From: Macrostomum hystrix
Lineage: Eukaryota; Animalia; Platyhelminthes
Length of the DNA: 64,000 nucleotides
Assembly: GCA_950097015.1 (NCBI GenBank)
Contig: CATNEN010000031.1
Span: 3,410,001-3,474,000, forward strand
Direction of reading: 5' to 3'
Below are positions 11,401 through 25,240 of the stretch, in pieces. The notes under the pieces were generated by a model. That model saw only the letters and a list, made by a program, of their open reading frames with translations, was not told the origin of the DNA and did not search any database. The position numbers were made by a program, and so were the translations under genes. How positions within the stretch are numbered: position 1 is the stretch's first letter; each line of letters begins with the position of its first letter.

Positions 11401-14400
11401 TCGATCTTGTCCATGTAGCCTTTGTTGCCCAGCCTAATGACCTTCAGCGCATCTCCGTACCTGTTCTTGATCCACTTAATGCCCTGTAGCTGGGGATCAA
11501 TCATCAGCGGCCAGCGCTCGGCACTTGTCAGAATTGTGGCATTTTCGATTGACATGCGGTCACTGGGCAGACCCTCGTTATTCCAGGTGGCAATCTGAGC
11601 GTCATCTACCAGCATGGAGATGGGATCGATGTTCTCAGTGATTGGTACTGCGTTTGGCAGACCCTTAAGGAATGGCAGCCACAGCTGGTCCATAAGGTCC
11701 ATACGGTACTGCTTTGTGAAGCAACCGACGTAGGACAGGAAGGCGGCAGTGATGAGGACATCACCGGGCAGAGTCTTTTCCTGCTCCTTGTAGAGCTTAA
11801 CTTGGTTGGCCCAGCGAATGTTCTCTGAAGCCAGTCCACCGACAAGTCTGTTGGCCAACTCGATGGTCTTGTACGTGAGGTCGGCTTCCTGCTGGCACTT
11901 CATCTTGTCAGCCGTAGCCTTCTCGAACTCGGCAGTAAGGATGCCCAGCTTGTTCTCCAACTCACGGATCTTGGCCTGGATGCCCTCTAGCTTCTCAGTA
12001 GCCGCTCGCAGCTGCTCGTTGGCCTCATCGAGTGCATCGCGCTTGGGCTTTACAAAAGTGTATACCTCGTAGTACCTAACGATGTTGATTACCCAGGAGC
12101 ACAGCCCAGAGGCGGCAATCGACTTCGATCTGATTAGCTCTGGCTCGAACTCCGGATCCTTGATGTACCTGTCTACTTCTTTTAGGCAGTTCTCATGAAT
12201 GTTGTCTTTATCGTAGTGAATCAGATTGTCCAGGAACTGATCGACCTTGCCCATGATGCCCGCCTTGGTATTCTTCCAGCTGCGATCATTGACCTTGGGC
12301 ACTTTGCCGCCTGGTGCCAGTAGGCACATGACAGCGGCTGCCACCTTTACGACAGCCTCCGGAGGGGTACCGAACGACTTCATCTCAGTCAGATTGTTCT
12401 TGTTCAGTGTGTTCAAGGCGTCCTGGGCAGCCTGCAGTGCGGGCTCAGCCTTGGCCAGATCTTCTTCGCATTCCTTCTGCTTGACTGTCACATTAGCCTT
12501 GATCTTCGACACCTTCTCCTCCTCCTGATCGGCGAACGCCTTCTCTTTGCTGACCTTTTCAGTCTCGGTGCCCACAATTTCCAGCAGCTTGTTTGCATCC
12601 TCGTTCTTCTGGGCCAGCTCTACTTCCTGTGCTGCCAGCTTTGCCTTGAGATCGTCCACCTGCTGGGCCGTTGACTCCAGTTTCTCTAGACCGTTCTCCA
12701 GACGGCTCATCTTTCCTAGGAGATCCGAGTGCTGACGCTTTAGCATGTTTTGGTAGAGGTTGATCTGCTCGAGGAACGACTTCGGTGTTGTGTAGTTGTA
12801 GCGTCGCTCGTTCAGTAGATATTCTGCGCTCTTCTCGTTCACCGATTTGTGCACAAAGCTCATGAACTGAGCCACAGTCTCTCTGGAGGCCTCGTCCAGA
12901 AGCTCCACGTCCTGAAGGAAGCGCCTGGAAACCGAGATGAGAGCTTCTTTGGGCCATTCGTGGAACCAATCAATTGCCGTGCAGTTGACAACGGCTGGGA
13001 ATTTGCGAGCGCGAACGCGTAGTGCAGTTCCGACCGGGCTGAAGCACAGAATCACCTTTAGGGTTCGTCGGACCTTGTCGATGAAGTACTTCCAGCAGTT
13101 CTCGCGGGTGTCCTGGAGGCCAACTCCTTTCACTTCGGAACGCATTCCGTTGATAACGTTCTCAACTTCATCGTCAGGCAGGAGGTCCGGGATTTCACCG
13201 GATGCCAGTAGATCGTTAACGAGCACGAGGAACTTCTCGTCGGCCACCTGTGCGTCGGTCATGAGGAAGACCATGCCGATGTTCTTCAGGCCTGCTTTGA
13301 TATATAGCTGCGCAAGGTCAGCCTTGAGGTCTGGAATGCTGTAGCCCTTGCGTAAGGTGATCTGGAACACTTCCAGGCTGCTGATGAAGGCGGCGAGGCG
13401 AGACAGCGACTGCTTGCCGGAGCCGCCGACGCCAACCAGGAGGGCATTGCCACGCGGCGATTCCAGAATGCGGTTGATGCGCAGAATGTGCGCAATGGCG
13501 TCCTCGAATAGCACCAGGTTCATCGCTGCATTGATCTCGTTGTAGTTGTCCAGAGCATCCAGCAGGATCTTGTTGATGTCTTGGAACTTCTCGACTGGCA
13601 TGTACTTCGGCTCTCCGATGCCTGTGGCAAAGTGGCAGTACATGTTAGGCGATGCAAATACCACTGCCTCATCCATCTGATCTTCGAATCCCTTCTTGAC
13701 GATCTCCTTCACAATCTTCTTGTACGTCTCAATGTCGGCTTCCTCCGTCAGTTTGTCGCAGTAGACCCGCTCAGCCTCGTGCATGTACAGGCGGATGATG
13801 TCTGTCGGCTGCTTCAGGCACTCAGGGAGGGTGAACAGCAGGCCCTGAAATATTTAGGTTATAAAATACATTTTGGATTTGAAAAAATGCTGAAATTCTT
13901 CTGTGGAAGTTCATAAATTCTTAGTCTGTGACACGATTTTTAACTAATAAGCTCTTTCGAAATACGTTAAAAATTTAGTAGGATGATGGAAATTTTATAT
14001 AGAATCATTAGACAAATCAGTTAGTTATTTTTACCTGGAAGATGTTGCTGAGGTCGCGGAGGTTGAACACGTAGTGGAACTTAATAGCCGTCGGCAGGAA
14101 GACCGAAGCCATCTTATTGTGCAGCGTGAGCGCTGTGTCGGTGACGCTGCCAGCCATCTTCTGCACAATGGCCGGGAAGCTGTGCATCTGCAAGTGCTGA
14201 GACAGGATGCTGTTGTAGATGGTGCGCACTGCGTCCTGACCAGGAAAGGACAGGGCGAACACGGCAAAGTGGCGCTGCAGACGCGGATTGATGGTGAAGC
14301 TGCCAGCTGTCGGGTTCATGCAGGCCACGTACTGCGTGTTGTGAATGTCCTTCAGGGTCAGCTTACCCCGGTCGTACCAGTGGCTGTAGTCCAGGTGCTG

Positions 14401-17400
14401 TCGGATGAGAGTGTGCGGCTGCACTGTGAAGTATTTGTCAACCTCGGGCATATTCATGTCGTCGATGAAGTAGATCAGCTTCTTGGTGCCTGGCGGACCA
14501 AAGTTCCTACCAGCCTTCTTCTCCAGCGGCTTCTCCAGCACGCGTTGCAACATCTCGGAGGTTGTGTAGAAGTTGAATGGCACATTGGCGATCATGTAGT
14601 CCTCGCCTAGGCCGCCGAGTTTGTCGCCGAGCAGCACAGACTTGCCTGTGCCGGCGCCACCGATCAGCATGACCGGCCGCTTCTTCTCGATCAGCAGGTC
14701 CAGGAAGTAGCGAATGCGCGTGGTCTCGGAAGTCGGCACCAGAGTGGCCTGTGAGTTTAAATGCATTGTTAAGTTTACACTTTTGTCAGAAAATTATTTC
14801 CATAGGAAAGCTTGTGAGATTTTTAACCAAAAACGGGCTAGAGTGAAGAGCTTTTCATTACAATCAAAAAATGAAATATGCTTGTGAACTGTCTCAACTT
14901 TGTGTGAAAAGTAAAAACTCGTTTAAAGTATTGGCGACGACATCAAAGCAATGCTCGTGTGAGGTGCTAACATGACAACTACGCTCGTAGCTGTGACAAC
15001 TGTCTGGCGACCGTGAAAGCAGGCTATGCCAGACAGTTCACCTCATGCAGGTTGATCACCGGTCTCCGCGTCGGCTGCACCACCGAGACTGGTCGCTGCT
15101 TTGGGTCTGAATATGACTGCTGCTGCTGCTGTTGCTGCAACCTTAATGTGCCTTGCTGCTGCTGTTGTTGCTGCTGGTCCGTTGTGTGGCCTTGAGCCCC
15201 CGAATGCGAGGGCTGTGGTTTCTAATTTACGGATCAATTGTGTTTTCAGCTTTATTTCGTTCCTCAAATCGCTAATACTAGAACTAAAAGTTTCTTTCAC
15301 CATGGTTAGTTTTAGTCAATATGTTAGTGCACTCAGAGACCAGATAAGTATTTTAAGTCATACCTGTAGCGGAATATCCGGATCCAGCTCAAACTTCTGC
15401 ACGATCTTAGTCCATGGCTCAAACTTCTTGGTCTCATTGTCGATGAAGTAGTCGAAAACAGTGCCCTGCGCTGGGAACTTGACTGTCTTGAACTCGGTCA
15501 CCCACCACTTGGTGAATTCAACTCTGTGATCCACCAGCTGGTCCTGGAACATTGAGCCGCCGAAGGCCCAGACGCAGCAGAAGACGAAGTAGACCTCGTA
15601 CCACTCTTTCGGGCAATCTTGCGGACAGTTCTCCTGCGTAACGAGGCACTCTAGTAGGGCGCACAGCATCTGGATGTGCGCGATGTCGGCGATTGGCGTG
15701 ATTTTCTTGAACCTGTGGCGCAGCACGTCCAGGCAGGGTGGTACGTACTTCTCGAACAGGATCTGGAGGTTGGCCTGCTCAGCTTGCACCTCGCGCGTTG
15801 CAAGCCAGGACGTGACGTACGGGTTCCAGCCCAAGTCCGCCGGGTTCAAGTACAGAATACCGGCACGAGACACAGTGGCTGGCGTCGCAGTCTTCAGGTG
15901 GCTGATCTCGAACAGCAGGCGCATGGAAGGTGTTAGAGGAATTCGCTCGTTCGAGGCGAGTGTAAGAATCTTATTATCGTCCATGACAGTGTTTAGAGAC
16001 TCAATCCACATCGGGTCAATGTCTCCGTCCAGAACAATCCACTTAGGCCCGTCGTGAGTGACGTTGGCAAGGTCGCGCATGATCACGGAGAAGAGTCCGT
16101 CCTTCCACTCGCGCGTCGCCGGATTGATGATGCCGAACAACTCGTCGTTCGTCACAGCCTTGGGGTTCAGGTCCACCGCCATCGGCTTCTTCTTCTGGTT
16201 TTGATAGGTCTTGTTTAGGGCGCGCCACACCTTTGATTTACCAGTTCCGGCGTTACCAAGCACGAACACGGAGTGTCGCACGGCGAACAGTTCCTGCAGC
16301 TGCACAACCTTCAGGATGAAGTTGTCTTCTGGCTGAAGCTTGAGATCCAGTGTTGCAACTCGAACTTCTTTCTCGAAGTCGAGGTCGCGCTTCCTGGGCA
16401 CGTCCAAGGCTGGGAACAGGTCTCCGATAAGGCCCATGAAGATGGGCAGGTCATCGGTCACGATCTTGGGAATGTTGAAATCTCGCAGCGCACGCATGAG
16501 CACCTGATCCTCCGGTCTCTGTGGATCGCCTCGCTTCAGTGCACCGGCAACCACCAGCACGGACTTGATGGCTCTGAGACCCCAATCGTAGTGGTCTTGC
16601 TTGGACAGCAGCTCTCGGCAGAGCGAGTATAGTGTGATAAACTTTCTTGCCAGGAGACGAGCTTCGAGGAAGCCCTCGGCCACCATCATGATCTCAGCGA
16701 TCAGCTCAAAGTCTGGCACCACCATGGCGCAGGGTCGGAACAGCGCCTTCAGGTTCTCAGGCAACTCAGTTCGGCCGGCGTAGCTGGAAATCGTAGGCAT
16801 CCGTATTACGAGCTATCCGATCAAGTGACACAATTTAATGTAACAATCGAGCACATTAAGCACACACTTACCCAGGGTTCATTGTGATGAAAATGCCGAC
16901 AGACGCCTCTAGGTTAATGTCCTCGCCAAGGAAGTCGAAGCGAGTCTTCTTGTACTTAATGGCGTCCTGGATGCACTTCACCTGCACTGCAACCACGGAG
17001 AGCACCTCGACGGAGATGCGGTTGAACTCGTCGAAGCAGCCCCAGGCGCCGGACTGGGCCAGACCCTTGTAGATGTTGCCGACAGACTTGTAGTCCATCT
17101 GCTCGGAGCAGTTAAACACATACACCATGATGCCCAGCGCTCGGCCGAGATCCTTTGTTGTCTCCGTCTTTCCAGTACCTGTAAATAGGATTTGTTGGGG
17201 GCAGTGTAAGCAAGTAAAACATTCGGTGCTCTGATACTTCATCAATGCTTGTTAGTTAGTTCAGCAGCTTACCGGCGGGTCCGGCAGGAGCGCCGCTCAT
17301 GATGAGATGCAAAGACTGCGTTAAGGTGATGTAGCAGCGATCCGTCAGGGGCGTGATCACAAGGCGCGGTGTGTTGCCCAGGTATTCATGGGCGTACCGA

Positions 17401-20400
17401 AACTGAGCGTCGCAGATGTTGGTGAAACAGTCGCCCTTGATTCCACCCTTCTCGTCCTTTTCGTCCCAGCGATGGCGCAGCTGCGACAGCCAGGTGAAGG
17501 CTTGCGAGTTCTCAACCTTCTGTGTGATAAGCTTGCCAACGACGTCTCGGTTGTGCACATCGATGGTACAGATGGTCATGATTTTCTGACGGTCCTGACC
17601 ACTCAACTCACCGATCAGCATTTGAATGAGCGCGTTCAGCTGTGCGATCTGCTTTTTGTTGTAGTCCTTCAGGGAGTTCTCGTAACCTTCCTCGAGGCGG
17701 GCAAAGGCGATGTTGACCTCGCTGGACCAGCCGATCTGGCTGCCTGCCAGGGCTACTTGCGCCGGATAGTCGAAAATCCACTGGTCGCGAGGCTTCTCCT
17801 CATAGGTGCCAACGGCATCGGCAAGTGACTTGCGGACGGTGTCCCGCATTTCATCGAGCACGCGATTCAACCACACCTCTACTTGGCCGTTCAAATCGAT
17901 GGTCTTAGACAGCTTGACCTTCTCGCCATCCTTGGCGTACATGTCCGTCGCCATCTTTGTCTCTGTGCTACCTTCCTTCTTTAACTCAAGACGCGCAGTA
18001 CTGTCAAACAGTTTGGTCAAATGCTTCATCACTGCTGGCGGCGAGTTGCCATTTGACAGGATGTCGAGCAGGTCAGCCGAGGACACGAAGTAGAATCGCG
18101 GGAAAGCCAGACGCTTGGTCTCCAGGTACTCCGCCAGAGCTTTTTCGCACAAAACTAGCTGGCCCTGAATAGCTTCGAGGCGCTCGTAGAGACGGGGTTT
18201 GCTGGTGGCCTCCACAACATTCTTCGTCACCTCCACCTCGGAGATTATCTCCTTGAAGTCTTTGTCCACTTGGTCGAAGCGCTCCGAGTCTTCTGGCAGC
18301 TGTTTGCGGATGTCCTCGGATCCGATGAAAATAGACTCCAGATGGGACCATGTCCTTTGCACTTCAAACCAGATCTGGATTACCTGATCAGCTGTGCTCA
18401 GCTTCTGCTGCCAAGAGTTAACCTCTGTGGCAAAGTGCGCGATGTACTTCGATGTAATCATGTTTTGAAGCTGCACCTGATTGTCTTCCAGTGTCTCGAT
18501 CAGCTCCTCGCTTGCCTTCAACAGGGTCACCTGAGTCCGCGGATGCTTCTCGTGCTCAAACTCCATCTGCGCCCAGGTAACCTCAAGCTCTTTGAGTACC
18601 TTCTCCATCGACATTTCCTTCACCGACTTGTCCACAATGTTGCGGACATCCTCCTCATACTTGTGCAAGTTGAGAGACAGCAGATCTGCCAGAGTGGTCT
18701 TTTCATTCATTGAAAACTTGACACCGGTTGCCTGCATTAGTTGCGCCCAGTGACGGTCTCGGATAGCCGGGTTCTGGAGTTCACTGACAGCTCGCAGGGA
18801 TGTCATCATGTTCTTCACCTCCTCCTCAACGCCGGTGTACGCATCCCAAGCACGCATTTCTTTGTCCAGTGCGCGGATGTCTTTGGCAAAGCGCTTGCAG
18901 TCCAGGTCCATCTGTTCCACGTTGATCTCTCGCCAGGGCGTTGTCTTCCAGTCCTCAATGGAAAAGCGGACTACGAAGATGTAGTCCCAAAGCTGCTTCA
19001 GCTGCTTCAGCTCCTTGCGGCACTGCTTCAGTTGCTTGTAATCCGGCACGGGCACCTCAAACAGACTGGCTGACTCACTGAGCTTCGCCATGCGATTCTC
19101 CATGTCTCCAATTTCAAGGTTCTTTGCGTCCATCTCCTCGTACGACTTTGGACACGAGTACTTGGAATGGCCCAATCTTTCGGAACTGCTCTCGGTAGGT
19201 GTGCTGCGAAACGTCGAACTCCGCCGCTGTGCGCTTGATCTTCTGGATCTCGTTAGTCTGCAGCGGGCCCACCTGCTGTTTCACAGTGATGGCAATCTTC
19301 TTAGTGTTGTTCCACTTCTCTGGCAGAACTTCCAGCTGGCGGTACACGGAGTCCTCCATCTCCTGATTGTAGGTCTTCAGGAGTTCGATCTTCTGCTTGA
19401 GTGGCTCAAACATCTCGTCTGTCTCAGCTTGGCGTTCCTTAACGCGCATCAGATAGTGCATGACCGCCACCAGTCCATCGTAGTCTCCCTCTTCCAGCTC
19501 CTTTGAAAGACCAGCGTCGGTCTCCTTAATGAACTGTTCAAGCTCGTCGAGCGCTCTCGTGACGCTGTCGATGAGGTGCTGCTTAAACATTAGGGACCAC
19601 CGCTTGATCTCGTTCAGCAGCGCTTGCTTGAACTTGGACGAATCAATCCTGAACCAAGTCTCAAACACAACAGTCCGGTCGATCTTCTCGACCTCTTCGT
19701 AGATGGTCTCATAGTTGTCGATCTGCTCCTTGAACTGCTCCAGCGTCGGCTTGCTCTCCGGGACGCCATCCTCGGCATGCGCGTCGATCTCCTCGGGTGT
19801 GAGGACGTGGCCGTACTTAAGGAACTGGTTCTTGAACTCTTCGCGATCCTCGACCCACAAGTACGCGTAGGTGTCGAAGCTGCTCTTGTACTCCATGGCC
19901 TTCTGCATGATGCGCTCCACCCGTTCCATAATCTCGGTACGCACTGCCTGGAGCTCGTCATTGTCCTCCATTTCCTGTTGATAATGCTCGTGTCCTCTGT
20001 GTGCAGCCAGACGTGGGATGTATGACGCCTGGCGGTAGATGTCCGTTGTGATGCTGTCCATCAGTTCGAAGAAGCCGTCCGCTTGTTCCTTGTCCAGCGA
20101 CGGGTCGAAGACCAGGTTGGGCCGCTTCAGCTCCATAAAGGCCATAAAGAGCGGCGTGTTGCCCTGCCTGTCGGCTGTCTGATCGCGCAGGAAGTTCAAT
20201 GAGCACATGATGAGTGTGATGAACTCATCCAGAACCTTGTCGTCCACGTAGTCGACGTACGCTTTCCACTCGTCACTGCCATCCGTGGCCTTGAACAGTT
20301 CGAGGTTCTCTTTGAGCAAGGCGTGAATCTTCTGTCCCTGTTCAGAGATCTCGTTCTTTCGCTTCTCCAGTCGATCTTTCCGGTCGTCCAAGTTCAGCAA

Positions 20401-23400
20401 AGTCTCATGCTTGCCCTCCTTGCGCTCGAACAGAGGTGACTTGTGCCAAGTGCTCATCAGCTTGACAATCTGCTCCACATTCTCCTTGGTGTGCACCACT
20501 CGCTTCTGAAGGTCGTGGACCATTTCCTTTACCTCTTCGATGTAAGCCTTGACTACAATGCGGAGAGATGCATGAAGCTTTGGGTTTGAATCGTAAATTT
20601 TCGTGGATTTTATTATCAAAAGTGAATGCACTAATGGCGATGCTTACTCTCGCCCTTCCAGTTCAGGCTGGTCTCAGCTTGTTGCAGCTTGGCATCGATT
20701 TCGGCCAGCTGGCCCTCAATTAGCGGCATCTCCACCTCGAGCGTGTTCTCGCGCACGTAGTTGTACCACTGCACCGTCATGTTCAGGTTGATGATGTGCT
20801 CACGGAGCATATCGTTCTTAGAGTAGAGGTCCTCGGCCGCCGCCGGCGCCACCTCATTCGGCTTATTGTCCTCTGGAGCCGTGTCGGAGCGCAGGTGCAG
20901 GTACTTCACCTCGCGCAGGACCGCAATAAGCTGCGAGAATTCATTTCGAGTTCAATTGCTTTCTTGCTCTAATAATATGAGAATTCTTCTGTTTGTCGGG
21001 TGAGCAGGCTTGATAGAAAAACTGACTTACCTTGGGGTCGAAATTAACAGCAATTAGCTTAGTCGCCTGGTCGCGAACAATCAGCGGCTGGCTGAGATTC
21101 TCAGCACAGTTCTGGTCCACACCGCTGACCCATTCCTGGAAGGCTCGGCTCTGGAACCTGTATTGCAGCATAGCAAGTAGTTAGTTGTGTGAAAATTCAA
21201 GGTCAAATTGAGCATGATCCTTTCGCTAAACCAACTCACTCGTCCAGAAGCTGCAGCAGCTGTTCGTACTTCTTCTTGATGAGCTGCGCATCCTCGCTTT
21301 CGATTGCCCTGCAATGATTGGTCACAGTAATTATCTAGTGATGCTGTTCAATTGGTTTCTGTATAGCGCTCAAAACGCAATGTGATAAATGTCTGTTTTA
21401 TTTAGCATCTACATCAATGTGAACTTTGTAGTACATACAAAAATCACGGCACTCAAAAAAGTGAAAAAAAGAAACACTTGGTGATCGTTCTTTGAACTCG
21501 ACATTCCGGTTTGAGCAGGCCAAGCTATGTGATTCGGAGCTATTCTGGTATCATGATAACATGAGCAATCTGGTGTGAGTTTCCCGCAGCAGACCTCTCC
21601 ATTAGCCAGTGCTGGCAGTAGCGCACAGGCATGTGAATTTCGCTGGCAGACTGGTCCAGACTGCAATACAACAGTGCGCGTTGTCAGCTTTCAGAAATGT
21701 CCTTACAGCGTGCTAATTTCCGTCGGCTCAGCATGCAATAAGCGGGTCTGGGCTAGCTTGGTACGAGCGTAAATCAACATTAGGAAATTTGCCTGCCGAT
21801 TGCAGTTAAACAAATCAATCATGCGCAAATGATTATTATGAATTGTATTCAAGAAGCTATTGTTAAAGCATCAGACTAGAATCCAGCGTTAGAAAATATG
21901 TTTAATTCGGCTAATGGTTAAACAGCTTTGGCTTAGGCTGCCTGTTTGGCTACTCACCGCTCCAGGGCACTGAAAGTGGAACAAAATAAAAACAAAATGT
22001 TGTGCGCACTGTTTCAAACAAAATATTCTAGGCTCGTAGAATGCATATTTGGGTTGGTTGCACTGAAGGCGCGTTTGGAAAAACTCACCAGAAAGAAAAA
22101 ATCAAACAAAAAGTACAAAAATTTACGAGAAAAAGCCATGAAGTTTTTTCCCCTGAATTTTGAAATGTCATCTCAGGCGGGATGAAGATTCGACACTTCA
22201 CGTGGCAAAATTGAAGGCTATTTAGCTTGATATAGTACATCGGATTTTGGTACTGACCCTCTAATGAAAAAGGTAATTAAAGGTATTTAGGCGAGAAAAT
22301 GCAGCAAAACAAGCAAACAAGTACAAGCCATTGATTCTCTATCAAATAATTGAAGCAGATAGCTGTATAGCTCTTACTTAACGTAGTCACATTTGCAGTT
22401 CCTGAATAATATATAGGCAGTTTATTCAATATGACCTTGGCTCAACATTTGTTTGGTTAGCAAACAAAAAAGGTCACTTAATTAAGAACTTAATTAATTA
22501 TTACTGTTTGACATGACGGAGAAAGTTTAGCTGCCCAGTCCAATGCAAATATTTACTCACGGGTGCTCAACATGCTTCAGATTGTCCATGGGAGCCGTGA
22601 TTCGCTGTCTGAGCTCGACAGCCCACTTCAGCCGGCCCGTGACCTGCGGCACATTCTTGTGCACCGTGGCAAAGCCCGTCTCCTCGATGCGCTTGATCTG
22701 CCAGTCGTAGATCTCCTTGGCGTTGTCCATCTCCTTGTCCAGCATCTTGATTAGCAGCGGGTACTTCTGATCGAACTCGGCCTTGATCAGCGGCCGCTCA
22801 ACCAGAGTCGAGAGAATGTCGATCAGCTGAAATTTTTCAAACATTCCATTCGAATCAGCAATAGAAACGAAGATGCCTACTCACATCAGTAGTGTTCATC
22901 AAATCGAGTTTCAATTTTTAACGAGATTCGAAAGAAACAAACTCAAGACAGTGCATCCTTGCCGCTGCGACTCACCCTGAAGGCTGACTCTGGCCCTGAG
23001 CAGTCGTCAAAGGCCTGGCACACTATGGAGGCCAACCGTCTGTCGGTGTCCACAATCTGCTGGTGGAAGTGGTTGTAGTCGTCCAGGAACTCCTTGTTCA
23101 GAGGGTCCAGGACGTCGTAAGTCTTGTCACTGAACACCTTGTAGTGATTGTTGAACTCCTCGAAGATGTCTACAGTCAGCTTGCTGAGGCCACGGCCCTT
23201 CATGCCGCCATACTCGACCTTCTCAAGCTTCAGGAACTCGACCGCTGTGTCCATGATGTCGGCGACCATTGTGACGCGCTCCACAAAGGCGTCGTAGCGG
23301 GCAAACACCAGCGTGTTGGCAAAGTCCCACTCCATCGGCTCTCCCTCCTTGAAGTACTCCTTCACTTTTCCTCTGTACTCCTCGAATGTGTTCTTGAAAG

Positions 23401-25125
23401 TGCGCAGAATTGTCAGGGCCTTCTTGACTTTGTTGACCGTCTCTTCGACTTCACCTTTGAAGACTTCGCTCGGGTCCAGGAAGTCACGACACTGGAAAGA
23501 GTTAAGTTATTTAGATCGTTTAAATTTAATACAAATTCGAGTATGACTCATGAGGAAAAAATCTACATAGCCATGGTGTTCGTACTTAATACTCGTCGCA
23601 ATTCGTCCATTCCCTTACCGTCTTGATGAAGAGGTTGCAGATCTCCTGCAGCAGGACGATAATTCTGGCCGGCACGCGGTAGTAGCGGCTGTTGGCCCAG
23701 ATCAGGCACAGCACGTGGAACACCGGCCCAATCTGCTTCTGGCATTCGTCGAATTCCGCCTGCTCCAGGTCGGACAGGAAGTCGTTCAGTGGCTTCAGGT
23801 GCAGGCTAATATCCTGGGCCTCGTGAAGGGCCGCCACCACGCTGCGGAACATGTCTTTGAATGGCGGCGAGTACGAGCTGCTGACGGCCTCCAGGATGTG
23901 GCCCATCTTCTGCACTTTGCTGCTTGTCAGCTTGAATTTAGTAAACAGAAAGGCTTATGGTCGCTTCAACTCACGAATGCTTCGTGAAAGCAATTCAGAA
24001 GCAGAAAAAAAGTTTACCCACCTGCTCGTACACATACTCCAGATTCGAGGACTTCCTGCTCCAGAAGTTGATCTCCGTAGCCGGCAGGGGATTCTTTCCC
24101 TCCAGCAGCTCCTGCGCCGAGTCCTTTTTCAGGATCTCGTGAATCTGGTGTGTCCACTCGATCACCACCGTCTCGATGGCGTAGATCAAACTCCAGTCAA
24201 TCTCTGACGCGGCCTTTGGTAGCCTGGAGGAAAGTAAGCAAAGTAAAGCATTCTAAGTATACTTGCATCTTGCCTAGATACCAACGATTCAATAACTTAC
24301 TCTATATCGGCCTCTGGCTCGCCTTCCTCAGTAGGTGGGCCGGATTTTTTCAGCTTTTCGTTCACTTCGTCAATCTTTTCTCCTCCAACAGGCATTGGAA
24401 GGTGCGTCTTTCCTTGAGAATGGCCAAGAATCACTTCAGTGTGCTGTTTTAGCTGATGAATCTGCTTGATGATGTCTTGCGAGACAACATAGGGCCAGGC
24501 TCCGTTGTTTTTCTCGTTTGAAAGCACTGGGAGGAGAACCTGAGGGTGTCACGCCGGTGATAGTAAATATTTTAGAATACTGATGCTTGATAAAAGTGTT
24601 GAATACATTTAAACACGAAGGCAAAATTTTTTCGAGACTTGGAGCTTTATGAGTAAAAATATTGTTTTACGTCAGCAAGAACAAATAAAAGCAAAAAATT
24701 AAATAGGCACAATACAGGATGGTGTTCTTTTTTTAAAGTAAAGATTTTTTTTTACTAAGTCTTACCTCATCAACAAAGCCAGCGAACTGGTCAAGTGGAT
24801 TGTATGACAAATCGCCATAAGTCAGAACTTTCGCCATTTGAGCATCCTTTCCGATGGCTTCCTTTCCTTTCCTGAAGAAGAAGCAGCCTTTTGACTTGAG
24901 GAGGTTTGGGGTGCTGTATTGCGCTTGCAGTGCTCCCGAAGGAGTGGAGATAATAAAAAGCTGCATGTTGTCGTTCTTGTCCAAAAAGTCGTGGATTATG
25001 ATGCGCTGATCCTCTAATTGATACATTTTCTGCCACCGGTCTCCCTTAGCCATACGTAGTGTTTTTAACACATAGTCAGCCAAGAACAAGACTCGTTTGT
25101 CTTCTATTTCAAGTTCACTCGCCAT
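8430..25125 (-). CDS. DNAH9: Axonemal outer-arm dynein beta heavy chain (DNAH9/11/17 group), ~4500 aa; exons 25125-24766, 24539-24301, 24223-24022, 23930-23619, 23491-22976, 22826-22561, 21308-21240, 21157-21031, 20930-20648, 20552-17273, 17178-16872, 16783-15364, 14748-14035, 13844-8430; +1 frameshift at ~19164
   Basis: Four P-loops (GPAGTGKT split by an intron, [24 protein letters not shown]), [17 protein letters not shown] linker, coiled-coil stalk, C-terminus [25 protein letters not shown]. All 13 introns are GT-AG and phase-consistent. Exons total 13510 nt, one more than a multiple of 3, matching one extra base. Choice among DNAH9/11/17 is not resolvable here. Confidence 0.96.
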
Positions 25126-25226
25126 GTTTCACACTTGCTGGATAAAGGTGAAACGGCGAAAAGATGAGCAAAACTCCGAGTTTCGACTCGCAAAATTGTT
25201 TGGTTATGCGACTTTGAAAAATCGTA

Positions 25227-25240
25227 ATATCTATAACAAC
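25227..25240 (-). promoter_or_regulatory. Candidate RFX X-box upstream of the dynein gene
   Basis: ATATCTATAACAAC fits the degenerate X-box consensus RTHNYYWTRRNRAC and lies ~100 bp upstream of the ATG of a motile-cilia gene. Confidence 0.35.

Noticed and set aside
19146-19161. 16-nt GT...AG micro-intron that would repair the dynein frameshift
   Set aside because: Too short for typical metazoan splicing, and removal deletes about 5 residues from a segment that aligns without gaps if one base is dropped.
5027-24452. Many overlapping or antisense ORFs across NUP93 and dynein (also over the GPCR, OCA2 and NWD exons)
   Set aside because: Shadow frames of GC-rich coding exons with no independent homology.
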